NCBI GenBank assembly: GCA_010909165.1
Contig: MU008217.1
Location: 180,979-244,978 of the forward strand
DNA: 64,000 nt
Source of the DNA: Anthoceros angustus
Taxonomy: Eukaryota; Plantae; Anthocerotophyta
Direction of reading: 5' to 3'
Within the stretch, counting starts at the first letter, position 1. Every line of letters starts with the position of its first letter. The translations under genes were made by a program, and so were the position numbers. The notes under the pieces are model-generated. The model saw only the letters and a program-made list of their open reading frames with translations. It did no database searches and was not told the DNA's origin. Positions 24,443-37,262 of the stretch are shown here, piece after piece.

Positions 24443-25131
24443 GGAGCTTTAAACTTTAGGTTCTAAAGCTTCACACAACTTTAAAGTCTGTAAAGCCACA
24501 TAACGTCAAAGGTATATGAAACTTCACAGAACTTCTAAACTCTATTATGTTTCAAAGATTTTCAAAGCTATGTAAAGATTTACAAAGACAAGCTTCACAT
24601 AGCTTCAAAGATAAGCTTCACAACTCTCAAAAGAGTGAGTACTTGTGTTCTTGTAAATGCCATATACCTTTCCAACACTCACACTCCCAAACTTACTCCG
24701 CTCTATAACTACAAACTTCGTTTGTGTTGTGAGTCCTTCCTTCTTCAAACTTTGCTTTTGCAAACTTCACTTTGCAAATTTTATAAATTTCATATCTTGA
24801 GCTGCAAACTTTACCCCTAAACCCCTACTTCTCTAAACTTCCTTGACTGATCTTAATAAACCATACCACCACCTTCATTTTTAAGTGCACCATGTTTCAG
24901 ATGCACTACATCCTGACCACCAGAAACCAAAGCAGCACAACATAACCTTGCCCTCTCCCGGGGCTACTTGTTATTTTAGTATTTGTTTTGCATCGCCCAT
25001 TTTCCATCGGTACCAAATAATGTCCTTTATAGGGTAGTAGTATGTATGATAGTACCTGTGCATCCTGCCATACAGGTAGGTGAATCTGTTCTCTGTCCTT
25101 TGACTAGTTTTCCCACAGCAGTCCCTGAACG

Positions 25132-27628
25132 ATGGCCACAGTATGGCAACCGGAACCGTTGTGGACACAACGAATGGGTGTGTCTACAGGGATTCTACCA
25201 GGAGCTCCCGCTCACCTCGCTTCAGAGAGTCAATTTCCGGCAAACAACCAAGTCTCCAGGTGCAGCAGAGTAAGGAGCCCAACAATTCCACTTCCGAAAG
25301 AATGTGTGGGTGGGGACGGGTTATCCAGGGATGCTTGTCGCCAGGACGAGGAGCACTTGTGGCAACCAACCATGCGGTGGGACAACAGACTAGATACTAA
25401 GAGCTCACGTTCGCCTGACTTCCGGCGTAAGGGGTCCGGCGAGGTCCTGTGGTTAAACAGCATGTTTAAGCCAGCTTGGGTTGATGAGCAGCTCGTTTCC
25501 TTGGATATACAGATGGGTCGTGGTGCCTCTCCTTTGAAGTCGAGCTCTACGAAAAAGCTTGAACCTGGCAGGCGTGAAGGATCGGGAATGGGCGTCGTAA
25601 CTGCTGGAACCGTGAGCATATCATGTCTGCAGGGGAAGCTTTCTGAGGCCGTTGGAGCCCTGGAATCTGTGGCGCAGACAGACTATGCTATTTCTCATTC
25701 TCTGTTTTATACTTGGGGAACCGTATCTTGCGCATGTATGCATGTGGAGGTAGGCTTCACGAGGCCATGGATGTGTTCACCAGGGTGGGAAAACCAGATG
25801 CCTTCATGTGGTTTTCCCTAATCTCTGCATATGTCAAGCATGGGAAACCCAATGAGGCCATACATGTGTACCATGAGATGCGTAAGTCAGGAGTGAAGGC
25901 GGATGCTCACGTCTTTGTAGCTGCCCTTCAAGCTTGTGCATTTGCCGCCGACTTGGAATCTGGCAGAAAAGTGCACTGTGAGTGTTGCACAGTGGCATTC
26001 CTCTTAACTTGTTTGTTGGTACCTGCCTGGTGGATATGTATTCAAATGTGGTGAACTGAAAGATGCACGCCAGGTTTTTGATAGCATGAACACGAAGAAT
26101 GTGGTTACATGGAATGCCCTGATAGCTGGGTATGCAAAACGTGGCGAACTGGAAGATGCACGTCGGGTTTTCGAAAGCTTGGCCACGAAGGATGTGGTGA
26201 CATGGACGGCACTGATTGCTGGGTATGCACAGCAAGGACTCGGCCAAAAGGCGCTTGTTTTGTATGGAAAAATGGAGCAGGAGGGCCTCACTTTGGCTGA
26301 CCATTTTACTTTTGCTTGCCTTCTGAAGGCTTGTGCAAGCATTGGTGCCTTACAGAGGGGCAGGCAGCAACCATCTAGGGGACTGCTGACTGACGTAGTG
26401 TTGGGCAACTGCCTGGTGGACATGTATGCAAAATGGACGGCACTGATTGCTGGGTATGCACAGCAAGGACTCAGGTAAGAGGCGCTGGTACTGTATGGAC
26501 TAATGGAGCAAGAGGGCCTGCTCGTGGCGAACGATGTTACTTTCGTTTGCCTTCTGAATGCCTGTGCAAGCGCGGGTGCCTTGCAGAAGGGCAGGCAGCT
26601 GCACTCACAAATTGTAGAAAGAGGATTGCTTGATAGCATAATTTTGGGCAACTGTCTGGTGGACATGTATGCAAAATGTGGTGTTCTGGAAGATGCACGT
26701 CAGGTTTTTGACAGCATGGCTACGAAGGACGTGGTTACATGGAATGCCCTGATATCTGGGTACGGTACTTGTGATGAGGGTCACAGAGCACTAGCTTGTT
26801 TTGAGGAGATGTTAGTTGCCGGTACTCAGCCTGATGGTGCTACTTTTACTTGCCTTCTTGTGGCATGCAGTCATGAGGAGCTGGTCGACGAGGGTTGCAA
26901 GCGTTTTGATTCCATGGCTGAACAGCATGGCATCATCCCTACTCTTGAGCATTACAATTGCATGATTGATCTTCTTGGGCGTGCAGGCCGTTTAGATGAG
27001 GCAGAGAAGATGCTGTTATCATGCGACGGCCAAAGTGATGTCGTGGGCTTGACGTCTTTGTTGAATGCCTGCAAAAGTCACGGGGATATAGAGAGGGCGA
27101 TGTGGTGTTTTAAGGCACTGTCAGGCTGGACCCTCAAAATATGCGCATGTGCTCATGAAAAATGCCTATGCAGATGCAGGTAGGTGGACCGATGTAGACA
27201 GGATTAAAACACAGAGAATGGCTGCAGGAGCTAACAAGAACCCTGCAGTGGCAAGCATTGAGGCGAATAAGCAGGTACATAGATTTTTGGTGGGAGTAAG
27301 GAGAGATGATATTGCGCTTAAGGTAGAGAGCACGAAAACACGACTGAAGCAAGAGGGAGGCCACGTACCTCAAACGAAGCTGGTGTTGAAGCCACTGTGT
27401 GAGAAAGAAAAGGACGAGGCGCTTTGTGGGCTCTAGCGTTTGGTCTCTTGAACACTCCGAATGGGACACCTCTGGTGGTAACAAAGAATCTACGGATGTG
27501 CAGTGACTGCCACAGTTACGGAGATCATGTCAAGGCTTGAACAGAGAGACATTGTTGTAAGGGACGGGTACCGTGTGCATCGACTCGCAGCTGGTTCTTG
27601 CACTGGTAAGGGTCGACCGCGAGAATAA
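25132..27628 (+). pseudogene. PLS-class PPR RNA-editing factor with E-DYW:KP (GRP-type) C-terminus; disrupted
   Basis: PPR motifs (KDVVTWNALIAGY, LGNCLVDMYAKCG.LEDARQVFDSM), E domain (HYNCMIDLLGRAG), then [25 protein letters not shown]|[11 protein letters not shown]...[10 protein letters not shown]...RDIVVRDGYRVHR..GSCTGKGRP. Lesions: several frameshifts, in-frame TAA at ~26476, deleted half-motifs, and a deletion at ~27430 that removes the zinc-binding HxE. Confidence 0.9.
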
Positions 27629-28468
27629 TGAACTAGTCAGTGCTCAAGTGTGCACGCTAGAGATTATTGCTTTCTTTCTTGAGGGTGAGTGTGAGTGCTT
27701 AACTCCAAGACCTGGACACGGGTCGCTAAAATTAATCCATCTCTCTTAATCACAGAGATACATAATCAGAACGGAATGGATCTCCTCCCGTACAAGAGTA
27801 CATCCTGTGGTGAAAGGAAGGTGAAAGGGAGCTGATTGTGGATACCTGGGACATACATATTGGAATAGAAGATTGAATGAAGGGTGGGATGCTACAAATA
27901 TGTACATATGGTCCAAAGTTTACACTTACTAGGCATGGTTTGGCTTGGCCTGGAGCTGACGTTTCAAGCTCTTGCATTTTCCGTGTATGTTGGAGCAGTG
28001 CCGGTGGATACCAGACATGGACGGAGACGACTGTAGGAACAGATTCCTATTGGGATGAATTCAATTCAATTTTACCGGGTCAATACTGGAATGGACACTT
28101 CCTCTATACAAGAAATCTTTAAGTGGACCAGTCCTCCTGTTCGTTACCTAAGCAAAGTTATCACACGTTTGCCGCCAGGGTGATCAAGAGTTTCTGGGTA
28201 AGTTAAAAAACTTATCTGTTAATTAATAAGTTATATTATTATTTATCTTTATAGATGGTTTAAAAGATTATAACATCTCGTAAACCATCACGGGACCCGG
28301 GTGGCCATTCTGGTATTGATCACCTAGCCATGTCCACAACGCGGGGGTCCCGAAACAGAACAGCAGGTACAGTAAAACCCAGCCACGACGACACGACCTT
28401 CGGGCGGTACAAAAAAAGTGATGAACCTGATGCGCCATCCCTTCGGACACGCAGAACGCGAACTCCTT

Positions 28469-31400
28469 TTACTCGGAGGACTGCTGACTCTCCTCCATAG
28501 CTTTCTCCACAACTTCTGCCACTGGCACGTAGACAATCCGTTTCCCACTACTTGGTGATAAGGAATTCAATGCAGCAGTCCTACTAGCCTGCTCCATGTC
28601 CAGAGTTCTTTTCAACTCGTGCAGCTTCATCTCCACCTCATCCAACTTTTGCAGAAGCTGTCCGTCACCGAGTAGGCTGCTTCTACGATCATCGTGACTA
28701 GATGTGTCTTGTATGGCTGCCTTACCTGACCCACCGGCATCAACGGTTCGGGCACGTGAAGATGTTGACAACCCATTTTTCAGCGCATGATACCTCATGT
28801 TCTTGAACCACTGATCAACCTGCAAAGTGCTCGTTTTATATCAATCACCAACCTCCAACAATCATTTCTTCATCCAGCTTTAGACAGCACTAGAGGTATA
28901 ACCTGTCGATAACAGAGACCAAGATCCTTAGCCAGGTCATCCTTTGATGCTCTTGATGGAAGTTCATTCACGGCAAACGTCCGACGCATAACCTGCAGTA
29001 GATGGGTAAAATATGGATCAGTGATATTCGGCTTCTCCTGAGAAAGTTGGGGTGCGACGAGTAATCAGCATGCTGCTAGAATATTGGTATACAAGCTGAG
29101 GAAGTCCAAAAGTCAAACAAGAAATTGCACGGCAGATACCTTGGTGTAAACGTGACATGACCTGATTCAGACCACAGAAAATGAGAATGCAAATGCAACA
29201 CTACTTAGCAGCCTGTCTTCTGCAGACACCCAGATTCAAAAGACAATGTACCTCAATGGCAACAGCAGGCAGCCTCACAACTACCCTTTTCCGCTTCTCC
29301 TGACAAGCCGGAGCCTGCCTAACATCAGCTCCTTCGAGGTCGGAAGCCTCAACTACCTTTGATGTCCCATTGTTCAAGTCAGCGACACAGTCCCCACTCC
29401 CTTTTTTATCATCACTGCCTTTTCTAGGGCGTCTTCCTTGCTGAGGTCCCCAATCCTCATCTTCAGAATGTTCGTCATCATCTGCCTCACTTTTGCTGCC
29501 AAACATTTCCTGCCAGGCCAATACATGTTAGTAAACATTGCGGCAAGGATCTCGGGAATGAGGACGAGAGCTTGCTATGTCAGAAGCATCACCAGCCTCA
29601 AGCCAGAGAGTCTTACAACACCACGATGAGACAGCCAAATGGCAATCAAACAAATCACACCAGTTGTATGGTATTGAACCGGCATTACTGCGGACCAGGA
29701 TCAGACTCACTCCCCTTGACAAGTACAGGGCCTTACATCATTCAGTCTCCTGTAATCAACTGTTTTCCTACTCCTTTTCCGAGCAGGAGGCTCTACACCT
29801 CCATCCACATCATCATGCTGCTCAGCCATTGATGCTACATTCATGTTTTCCTCTGCATCGGAAGCCGAGGAATGATCCTCAAGCCCACCCTCGGCTGCAT
29901 CATTATCAGAGCTATCTGAATCTCCTGAATCACTTGAGGACTGACAGCCCTCTTCTAACTCATCGTTGTCTTCACTAAGTTCCTTCTCTGCTTTTTCAGG
30001 ATCAAAATCGTCATCTTCGTCATCTTCTGATGGCCAGTCTCCATTGGCAGAAGACACTGCACCTTCTCCAGCAGCAGCAGCTGCTGCCTCACAAAAAATT
30101 TCCTGCAGAAAATTATCCAGTCTAGGGTTGAAAAGGCAAAGCTCACTTTTCTCTGCCAGAGTCTATTCACCAGCTTCTCTTCAAACAATCCAAAACAAGT
30201 ACGACTACCAATCAGCAGGAAAACCAGACTTCAACAATGACATTCTAGAACTGTCGTGTATATGCAGTTCAGAGTCCCATGTACTGACCTCCCAGCTAGT
30301 CTCCACCCCAAAACTTGTCCCAACATGGGCATTTATGTGATGAAAACATTCGACTTTGGCCTCGCAGGCAGGACAGAGCCAGCCCTCATTCTCGGGTGGA
30401 ACTTTAAACACAAAATCAACAAGTCAGTTATGACGAAGCTGCTTATGCAGCCTCCTGTCTTCATGCACATGTATTGACTAGTCTGGTGCCTACTGGCTTC
30501 CAGTCTATCCTGTAGAAACTAGGATTCCATCTATGAAACTGCAAAATCTGCAAAAATGATATCTTACTATCGTCAGTAGCCAGAGGAGGTTCCAAACAAT
30601 TTTGATGGAATCCACGATTGCAAAACCCATCGCAGAGAATTATATCATTGTCAGCCAAAGCTTCCTGTGACTTGCATTTGGCACAAAAGATCTGAAACAC
30701 CATCCAGACTATCCATATCAGATTAAACTGCACAAGTGAGGGCTTAGACGTCCATGACATCACAAAGGAGCAAAGTCGCAAACCAAAAAGCATGGCACAC
30801 GGAGAGAAAGAGGCTGCAAAAGCTCGACCTCTTCATGATATATTTGCCCTTCCGCGTCAAAGGCGGATTCGTCAATAGATCCTTCCAAACACAAAACATC
30901 CAGCTCCCTGACAGCCTCACGAATTGCTAACTTGCATTGCAGTATTTGAGATTCAGCCCGCTCCAGCTCTCTTTCGGGCCTTAATTTCTCCCGGCTGCAC
31001 CAGTACCACGCACCGTAAGAGTGGATCAAATGCAAACCCTTCGGGACGGCAGGCGGGTGAGGGCAACTCATGAGGCAACAAAAAGTTCTCGATGCTGGTC
31101 TGGAAGCGGATGAAGCACAAACCTTTGGCCTTTCCACCCCTCGGAGGAATAAGCGTCTAATAGATGTTGTTCTCGTCTCAAGCGAAAGACCAAATTCCTC
31201 ACGCGATTTTTTATTCTGGACAGGTCATCTACAGGAGGCTTGGGCTTCTTCCTTCTCCGCCGTCGATGTCGAGGAGCAGGTAAGGAAGTGCCAGTTTCAG
31301 CTGCACTCTCCACAGTAGGTGTAGATTTCTTGGGAGCTGAATTCGGACCCCGACGGCGATGCACTACAGCCACATTCAGCTCAGGGGCATCACCACTTTG

Positions 31401-31874
31401 ATCCTGCTCCTCCGTTCCCCTGTCTGTGGCGTCCTGGTCAGCTGATGAATCTGTGGCACCTCGATCAGCTGACTGATCTCCTTCCTGTAACCCATGAGCC
31501 CTAACAGGTTTCCGCTTGCCAGCTTTGATCTGAACCCTAGATCTGCGTTTCCTCTTGCGTGGAGCTTGTGAAACATGCTTCACGGGTTTGGTAGCAGGAT
31601 GGGAGGAAGGGGTCGCACTTTTAGCGGCCCGGCCCCTGGTCATCACTGCAGTATCAGCAGTTGCCTGCACCTTCGTGATCCGCTTGGCAATCTGCACGGC
31701 CGGCATCTTCGCGGGCCGTGCTTCCAGACCGCTTTCAGCAGCTCTCTTACGAGATCGGGTACCTGGAACAGGTCTGTCCTGGTCCGCACTCTGGGACTCC
31801 TCCAACTGCGCGTCCTTTGCCTCCGCCTGCTCTTCGGAGCTAGGAGAAGCCTTCAATCTAGCGCCCCTGGCCAT
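28469..31874 (-). CDS. PHD-finger homeodomain protein, PRH/HAT3.1 family; 8 exons
   Basis: Exons 31874-31123, 30994-30829, 30691-30568, 30401-30289, 30102-29737, 29509-29252, 28992-28903, 28819-28469. Motifs [23 protein letters not shown] (IFCAKC...[18 protein letters not shown]...WLCPAC), acidic [25 protein letters not shown], and homeodomain helix 3 [10 protein letters not shown]. Confidence 0.93.
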
Positions 31875-32427
31875 GGAAGCATGAACCGAGATGCGTGATC
31901 CAAAATCAAGCGACAAGAGCCCTGGAATGCGAGACCAGTGCCCAGGGCAGCAGCAACCCAACTAACGCTCGTCCTCCTGGACGGTAGTAGCCCCTAAGCA
32001 ACACAGATGACTCCATCCAATCACCGTCCCCGCATCTGCACATCTAGACAGGTGGCAGCCCGGTGTACCGCGATGCCAGTGCCTGCGATTCCGCCACGAC
32101 CACTAGTAGCACTACAGCAGGAGCTGTGGAGACAAATACTAAAGAGGGGTGCCCGAGTGCGGGAAGTCGCAGGATCAACTGGGAGCTGGCCCAGGAAAGC
32201 AGAGGGAGGCTTGCTCCAGCTTGATAGCGCAGGCGCCCGCCGCAGCCTGACCAGAAGCATGCAAAATCATTCGCAGCACAGGGCTCGTTGCCTTGCGCAT
32301 ATCACTCGCACTCGACGCTGGCCATTCACACGAAGTTGCCACGCACAGCGCAAGCATTGGGATGACAAAACCTGGCTAAGTACGTTATGGGATGATGTGA
32401 GAGATTTGAAATTGACGCAGCGTGTCT

Positions 32428-32631
32428 GAAGAAGAAGAAGAAGAATTTTATTTTGAGTCCACTAAGGACGGATTTCCGTCATGGGACTTGGTACTTGACA
32501 ACCTGTACCATGGTGTGCCTAAGCTACTTGCACCAAGGGCGTCCACTCCCTTTAGGCACCCCATTTAAGTACCGATCTAAGCTCAGGATGCTTAATCACG
32601 GCGTTCTTATAAATGTGTGTCCATTTGGCCT
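32428..32631 (-). mobile_element. ~200-bp SINE-like element, second full copy
   Basis: Reverse complement of 24239-24442 with few substitutions; the (GAA)n run at its left end is the tail. Confidence 0.75.
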
Positions 32632-33799
32632 GAGGAGTAAGAGACAAAAGGTACGTAGGTTTTCTCCTTATCGCTAAAATAAGCGGGAAGCGCAAGCTCT
32701 GCCGCTGGTGCACCATCTATGTACCACCTACACTAGCTATGTACATATTGGCAATCACCTAGAAATTCATCCGCACATATGTCATGTAGACAAGAAAGCA
32801 GTATTTTACGGCTATGATCTGAGTTTGTCCTCAATGGAAGGGTCTATATACTAGACCCTGGCATCGGCATATTCCTAAGATATCCTATTGGCATCAAGAT
32901 GCGAAATATCCTAAGAATACACTATAATATGCAAGGAATATGCCAAAGCATATTACTTGAGCTTATCCACTTAGCTATTGCTAACCATGTTTAATTAACA
33001 CTAATCAATGCTTAATTAACATAAGCACCTTAGATTAATTAACTCTAATCAATGCTTAATTAACATAAGCATTTAGATTAATTAATTACTTACTTAAAGA
33101 TAAGTAATTAGATTAATTAATGCTAATCAAACACTAAACCCAAGTGCGAGATTAGTATCACACTAAGATGACACGACGAGGTAAGCACTTGAATTCATAT
33201 AAGCACTTCCTCGACCAACAACCAAGCAAAAATCTAATACTAGATATATAGGTGCAACTAATCCCCGATAATGTGAGACTCTAAGTCAAAACATTATCAT
33301 TAGTAGGACTACACACGACGCACCTCATGTAGCATTGTGCACAAAACCAATCTTCTGGAATGTCGCCCGAGGTTATGAACCTTGTCCAAGTGAGTGGGTT
33401 GTCTTCAAGATCCTCATGCTACCGCCATGTGGACTACTCTCCACCGGCTGTTCTCGCCATTTTCTTCTTGCCTCGAGCTCTCCCGCGAACACTTGTTCAT
33501 CCTTGATTAGTTCTATGTGGAACTTCCTTTGGTGTACTTCCCATCTCAAGCGTGAAAGCAAACACATGTCGCGATGCCTCCAACAACTCCTTTAGACGCC
33601 GCTGATTGCTCTTCAACTCGACGCCAACCACTCATGTAGCGTGGCTCGATGGCTTGCACGCCTTCCTCACGCTATTACTCTCCTTGCCTCCAAACTCGCC
33701 TTCTCGAGATGCGAGTGCCGGAATGCCTTTTGCCCACCGAACCGCCGCTTCAACCCCGCCTTCTTCCGTTTCAAGTTGGTGTTTACCCAACAACAACCA

Positions 33800-34320
33800 G
33801 TCATCATGTTCATGTCAAATGCTTGCCCAAGCAATCGACACTCCTTCCTGGCCACCCTGATCATGCCAAAATCCTCCGGACTTGCTTCTTCACGCTCATG
33901 CATGCCGGCACATTCTCCAACATGTATCCACAAGGCCTTTCTTGCCCTTTCTGGATCAAGCGCAAGATCCTCATCAGTCATAGAACAATGCGTGGATCCT
34001 TCGACCTTGACCCTTGCCTCGCAGAGGATAGTCCTCGACACTCCCAACCGCGATGACAAGGTCCACCGGCTGCCCAAGACAACTCAAATGGGACAACCCT
34101 ATCATGCGAACATCCATCGCGCTCGTAACCCTTCACCGACTCCCACGCCGAGAGGTTAGGTACTCCCCATCAAGTCTCTTACGCTCGGACACAATCCTTG
34201 CTTTTGGATCCGGGTCACAATGCACGATCTTCGCACTTTGATGCCACACTTTAGCACTGCCCAAGCCGATCGATGCCTCCAAAGAGTTCCACGAGCACTA
34301 TGCCGCCTTCCCGAGGTCGC
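33800..34320 (-). pseudogene. Cytosine-C5 DNA methyltransferase domain embedded in the retrotransposon polyprotein
   Basis: Joined across 1-nt indels: GIVLVELFGGI (motif I, ~34301-34272); AVLKCGIKVRR.VHCDPDPKAR (II); VDLVIAGWECRGLSSAGKGQG.KDPR..LFYDLMRIL (IV, Cys codon 34040-34038); GYMLENVP (VI, ~33917-33909); LLGQAFDMN (X, ~33831-33808). Motif VIII and the TRD appear deleted. Confidence 0.85.
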
Positions 34321-37059
34321 CATGTGATGACCGGTGTTTAGGTCACAAACAGCTCAACCCTAGGCAAGAACTCATGTAGCCTCCGCTCATAGGACAATCG
34401 GGTCCTCTTGCACCATCCTCCACAGCCTTTTGTCATTCAGCCACCAGCTCCGAGTGACTTGAAGAACCTCCTCCGAGGGTGGTTGCAACCCTAGCTTGTT
34501 TTCCTCCTCCTCGCCGAAATCCTCCATCGCCGGGCCATGTTGTTAGACACACGCCAAGAGGTTCAAGCACGATGGCGTGTCCTTCACTACGGCCAAACAC
34601 CGGGTAGACGCTGGCAATGAGGTTCTCATGATCCTTGCCATGTACCGCAGAGGGATGCGGGCAATCCGCTCATCGGTTTTGCTCCAGCCTTTCTCCACTG
34701 GTCGATAGTAGACTGCCTCCCACAAATCCACCATGACTCTGTGTTTGTACAAAGCGTCCGCCCAAAGAAGACATCAAATGTGTCCGCATCAAGACTGGCA
34801 GACAAAGGTGAAGTCTGTTGTTCTTGGTTTGAATGAAACCTTCAGCTTGTACCTTGTCACCCCCAACACATGCTCCGTGGTCCCACGGTCCGATCTTCCA
34901 CTTGGTTTCCTTCAACCTTTCTTGGTGGAGACCCAACGCCTTCACTCTTCTTCCAACGATCACCGGCTCCTGTCAATCAACACCTCCTTGGTGCGAATCC
35001 ATTGATTTCAATGTGCCTCCCGATTGTTGACCAAAGCCACTCCCACTGCGCAAGATTCCGCTTCCATAGATGCTTGGTTCGAGGTCGAATGACATCATTG
35101 CCACCGGTGGCAAATTGTCGACACTTGCTTCGCCTTCAAGGGTTGTCAACATCCGCCGAGTCAAACCCCGACTTCCTTCACGCCAACCCCATGTCTTGTA
35201 GGTCAAACATGGCATCTCCGAAGCTTTTGTGCCATCGCTCCGAATCTGCATGGGTTTCTCCACATCGCCCACTGACTTTGATGTTGCTCCAGCTGTTCGC
35301 TGGCAATGGCTCAAACGACTTTGGCATCTTGGCATAGGTTCGGAAGAGGATCCCCAAGCTTCCTTCCGTCTTCCCACAGAGGTGTCACGCCTCTTCTTCC
35401 TCTCGAGCTATCTTCTCGTAGCCAGGTTTCTTCCCTTGCCCTTGATCCGTCACCGCCATGTATCCAAGCTTGTGCTCATCTTCTCCTCCGATGATGAACC
35501 GCCGCCTCCTTGATCTTCGCCCGCACCAACTTCCAGCTTTGCAAGGCGTGCCACGAGCCGCCCATCGCCTTCTTTGATGCTTCCCGCTTTTGTCCACGGA
35601 CTTCGCCGCCTCCTCCACGCGCCTTTGCTCCGATTTTGTGGATGAGGTTGACGCAGATGCATTGGCCGGGTTGCCGCCGACAACCCGTGAGGCCGCACGG
35701 ATGCTTCTCCCAACATGCCGCTCATTGTGCCTGCATTCTCCACACCTAGGGCATGGCTCCTCACCCTTGACTCTCCGAATGCATGCTCGCACTCATGAGG
35801 GAATGGTCCGCCCCTCGCACCTCACGCAGGGCTCCACTTGGGTGGGCGGCTTGTCTCGCCGAGCTCCTCCACTGACCTCCGCTTGGCCATGTCGCCCACC
35901 ACTCCTACTTGTGCCGAGTAATCACTTGCAACACGAGAGAAAGTGTCCGGCCCCTATCTTGTCACCCATCTCGCATACACTTCCTGAGGGTGTAGTGTTG
36001 CCCTTCGCGGCACCGCTTGTTGCACCTTCATGCGCAGCATATGGCAATGCCTGCAAGTACTTCTCGCAGCCTTCACTCATGATCTTGGTGTCACGCATCA
36101 ACCGGGTCGATTCTTCGATAAGCCATCTTCGCCTCCGACTTCATCTTGAAGTGTGTCACCGAGATCTTCTCATCCGTGCTTGCGTGAAACTCCACGAAGA
36201 TGTCAAACATCTCTTCGATGGGATCGTGCCCACTGGTGCCACCGCCTCGTCAGACCGGTTCCTTGAGCTTGAACGCTACTCATGGTCCTCCATGTGCTGC
36301 CAACAACCTCGCCTTGTGCTCGCGATAGCACGCCAATGCTTCATCCCCAAGTACTGGCATTTGGATGAAGCCGACGTGTATCCGGCCTTCAATTCCATCT
36401 CCGCACACACCGCACTGCATTTCGGCGAAGTCCTCCAAAAGGTGCCCGCCTGTGAACAACTCCATTCGATCCTTGTCTCCTCCCATCTTGACGACTCCAA
36501 GAGACAAGTCCTCCTCGCCGCTCACCGAGTTGGCAAGACTAACGTGTCTTGTGTGTTGCCACCATGATCCTTCAAAGATTGTTGATTGGTCGCTTCCTCC
36601 GTTCCTTCCCGGGTACCAAAATCGAGGTGTTCGCACTTCTCTTGGTCGGACTTCAATTCGCCTCGATGGACTTGCTGGTTGGTAGCCCGTCCGATCGAGT
36701 GTGTCCAGCATGCACTCCAGGCGGTTAGTGGCTAGATCAAACCCTTAATCAAGGTTAACACACGCTATCTTAGATCGTGATTAGTGAAACCTCTAAGTAT
36801 CTATGCATGTTAAATTGCATACAATACTGCAGGCACTTAGTCAAAAACGTGAGCGGAGTTGATAGCAAAGGCATAAGAACTCCAAAGTTAAGCACCGTGG
36901 GTGGATCAAGATTGGGGTGCCAACCAGGAGAAAGTGAAATCAAATGGATTGACATACCCATGTCTATCCGCTTCTCCTTATCCCTTGAATCTGGGCCCAA
37001 GAGTAAAATTTGTTTCTCCCTTGGTTGGTTGGCCTTAAAGGCCACCCCCCTGGAGGCCT

Positions 37060-37262
37060 CATTCCTCCTCAGCCTCCTTGGCCGGGCCTTCTCCTCCTCC
37101 TTGGCCTTGACTTGGGCCTCCTCTCCTGGCCTTGACTGGGCTTCGCCTCCTGGCCTTGACTGGGCTTCTTCGCCTCCTCCTTGGCCTTGACTGGGCTTCT
37201 CGCCTCCCTCGGCCTTGGGCTTCTCTTCTCCTCCTGGCCTTGACCTCCTCTTCGCCTCCCTG
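37060..37262 (+). repeat. Degenerate ~22-bp pyrimidine-rich tandem repeat (CTCCTTGGCCTTGACTTGGGC...) in the family-1 LTR; repeated at ~39185-39290
   Basis: Directly visible imperfect units. Confidence 0.85.

Noticed and set aside
27880-28210. Short ORF-like segment (…WDEFNSILPGQYWNGHF…) between the PPR and PRH-like genes
   Set aside because: Too short and without a recognisable family; cannot be supported without a search.
33332-33392. Idea that the TE PHD remnant was captured from the neighbouring PRH-like gene
   Set aside because: The peptides differ (IPEDWFCAQC versus [13 protein letters not shown]), I see no nucleotide similarity, and there are no intron traces.
35590-36567. 325-aa plus-strand ORF
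   Set aside because: Lies antisense to the family-1 gag region, whose CCHC knuckles are on the minus strand.
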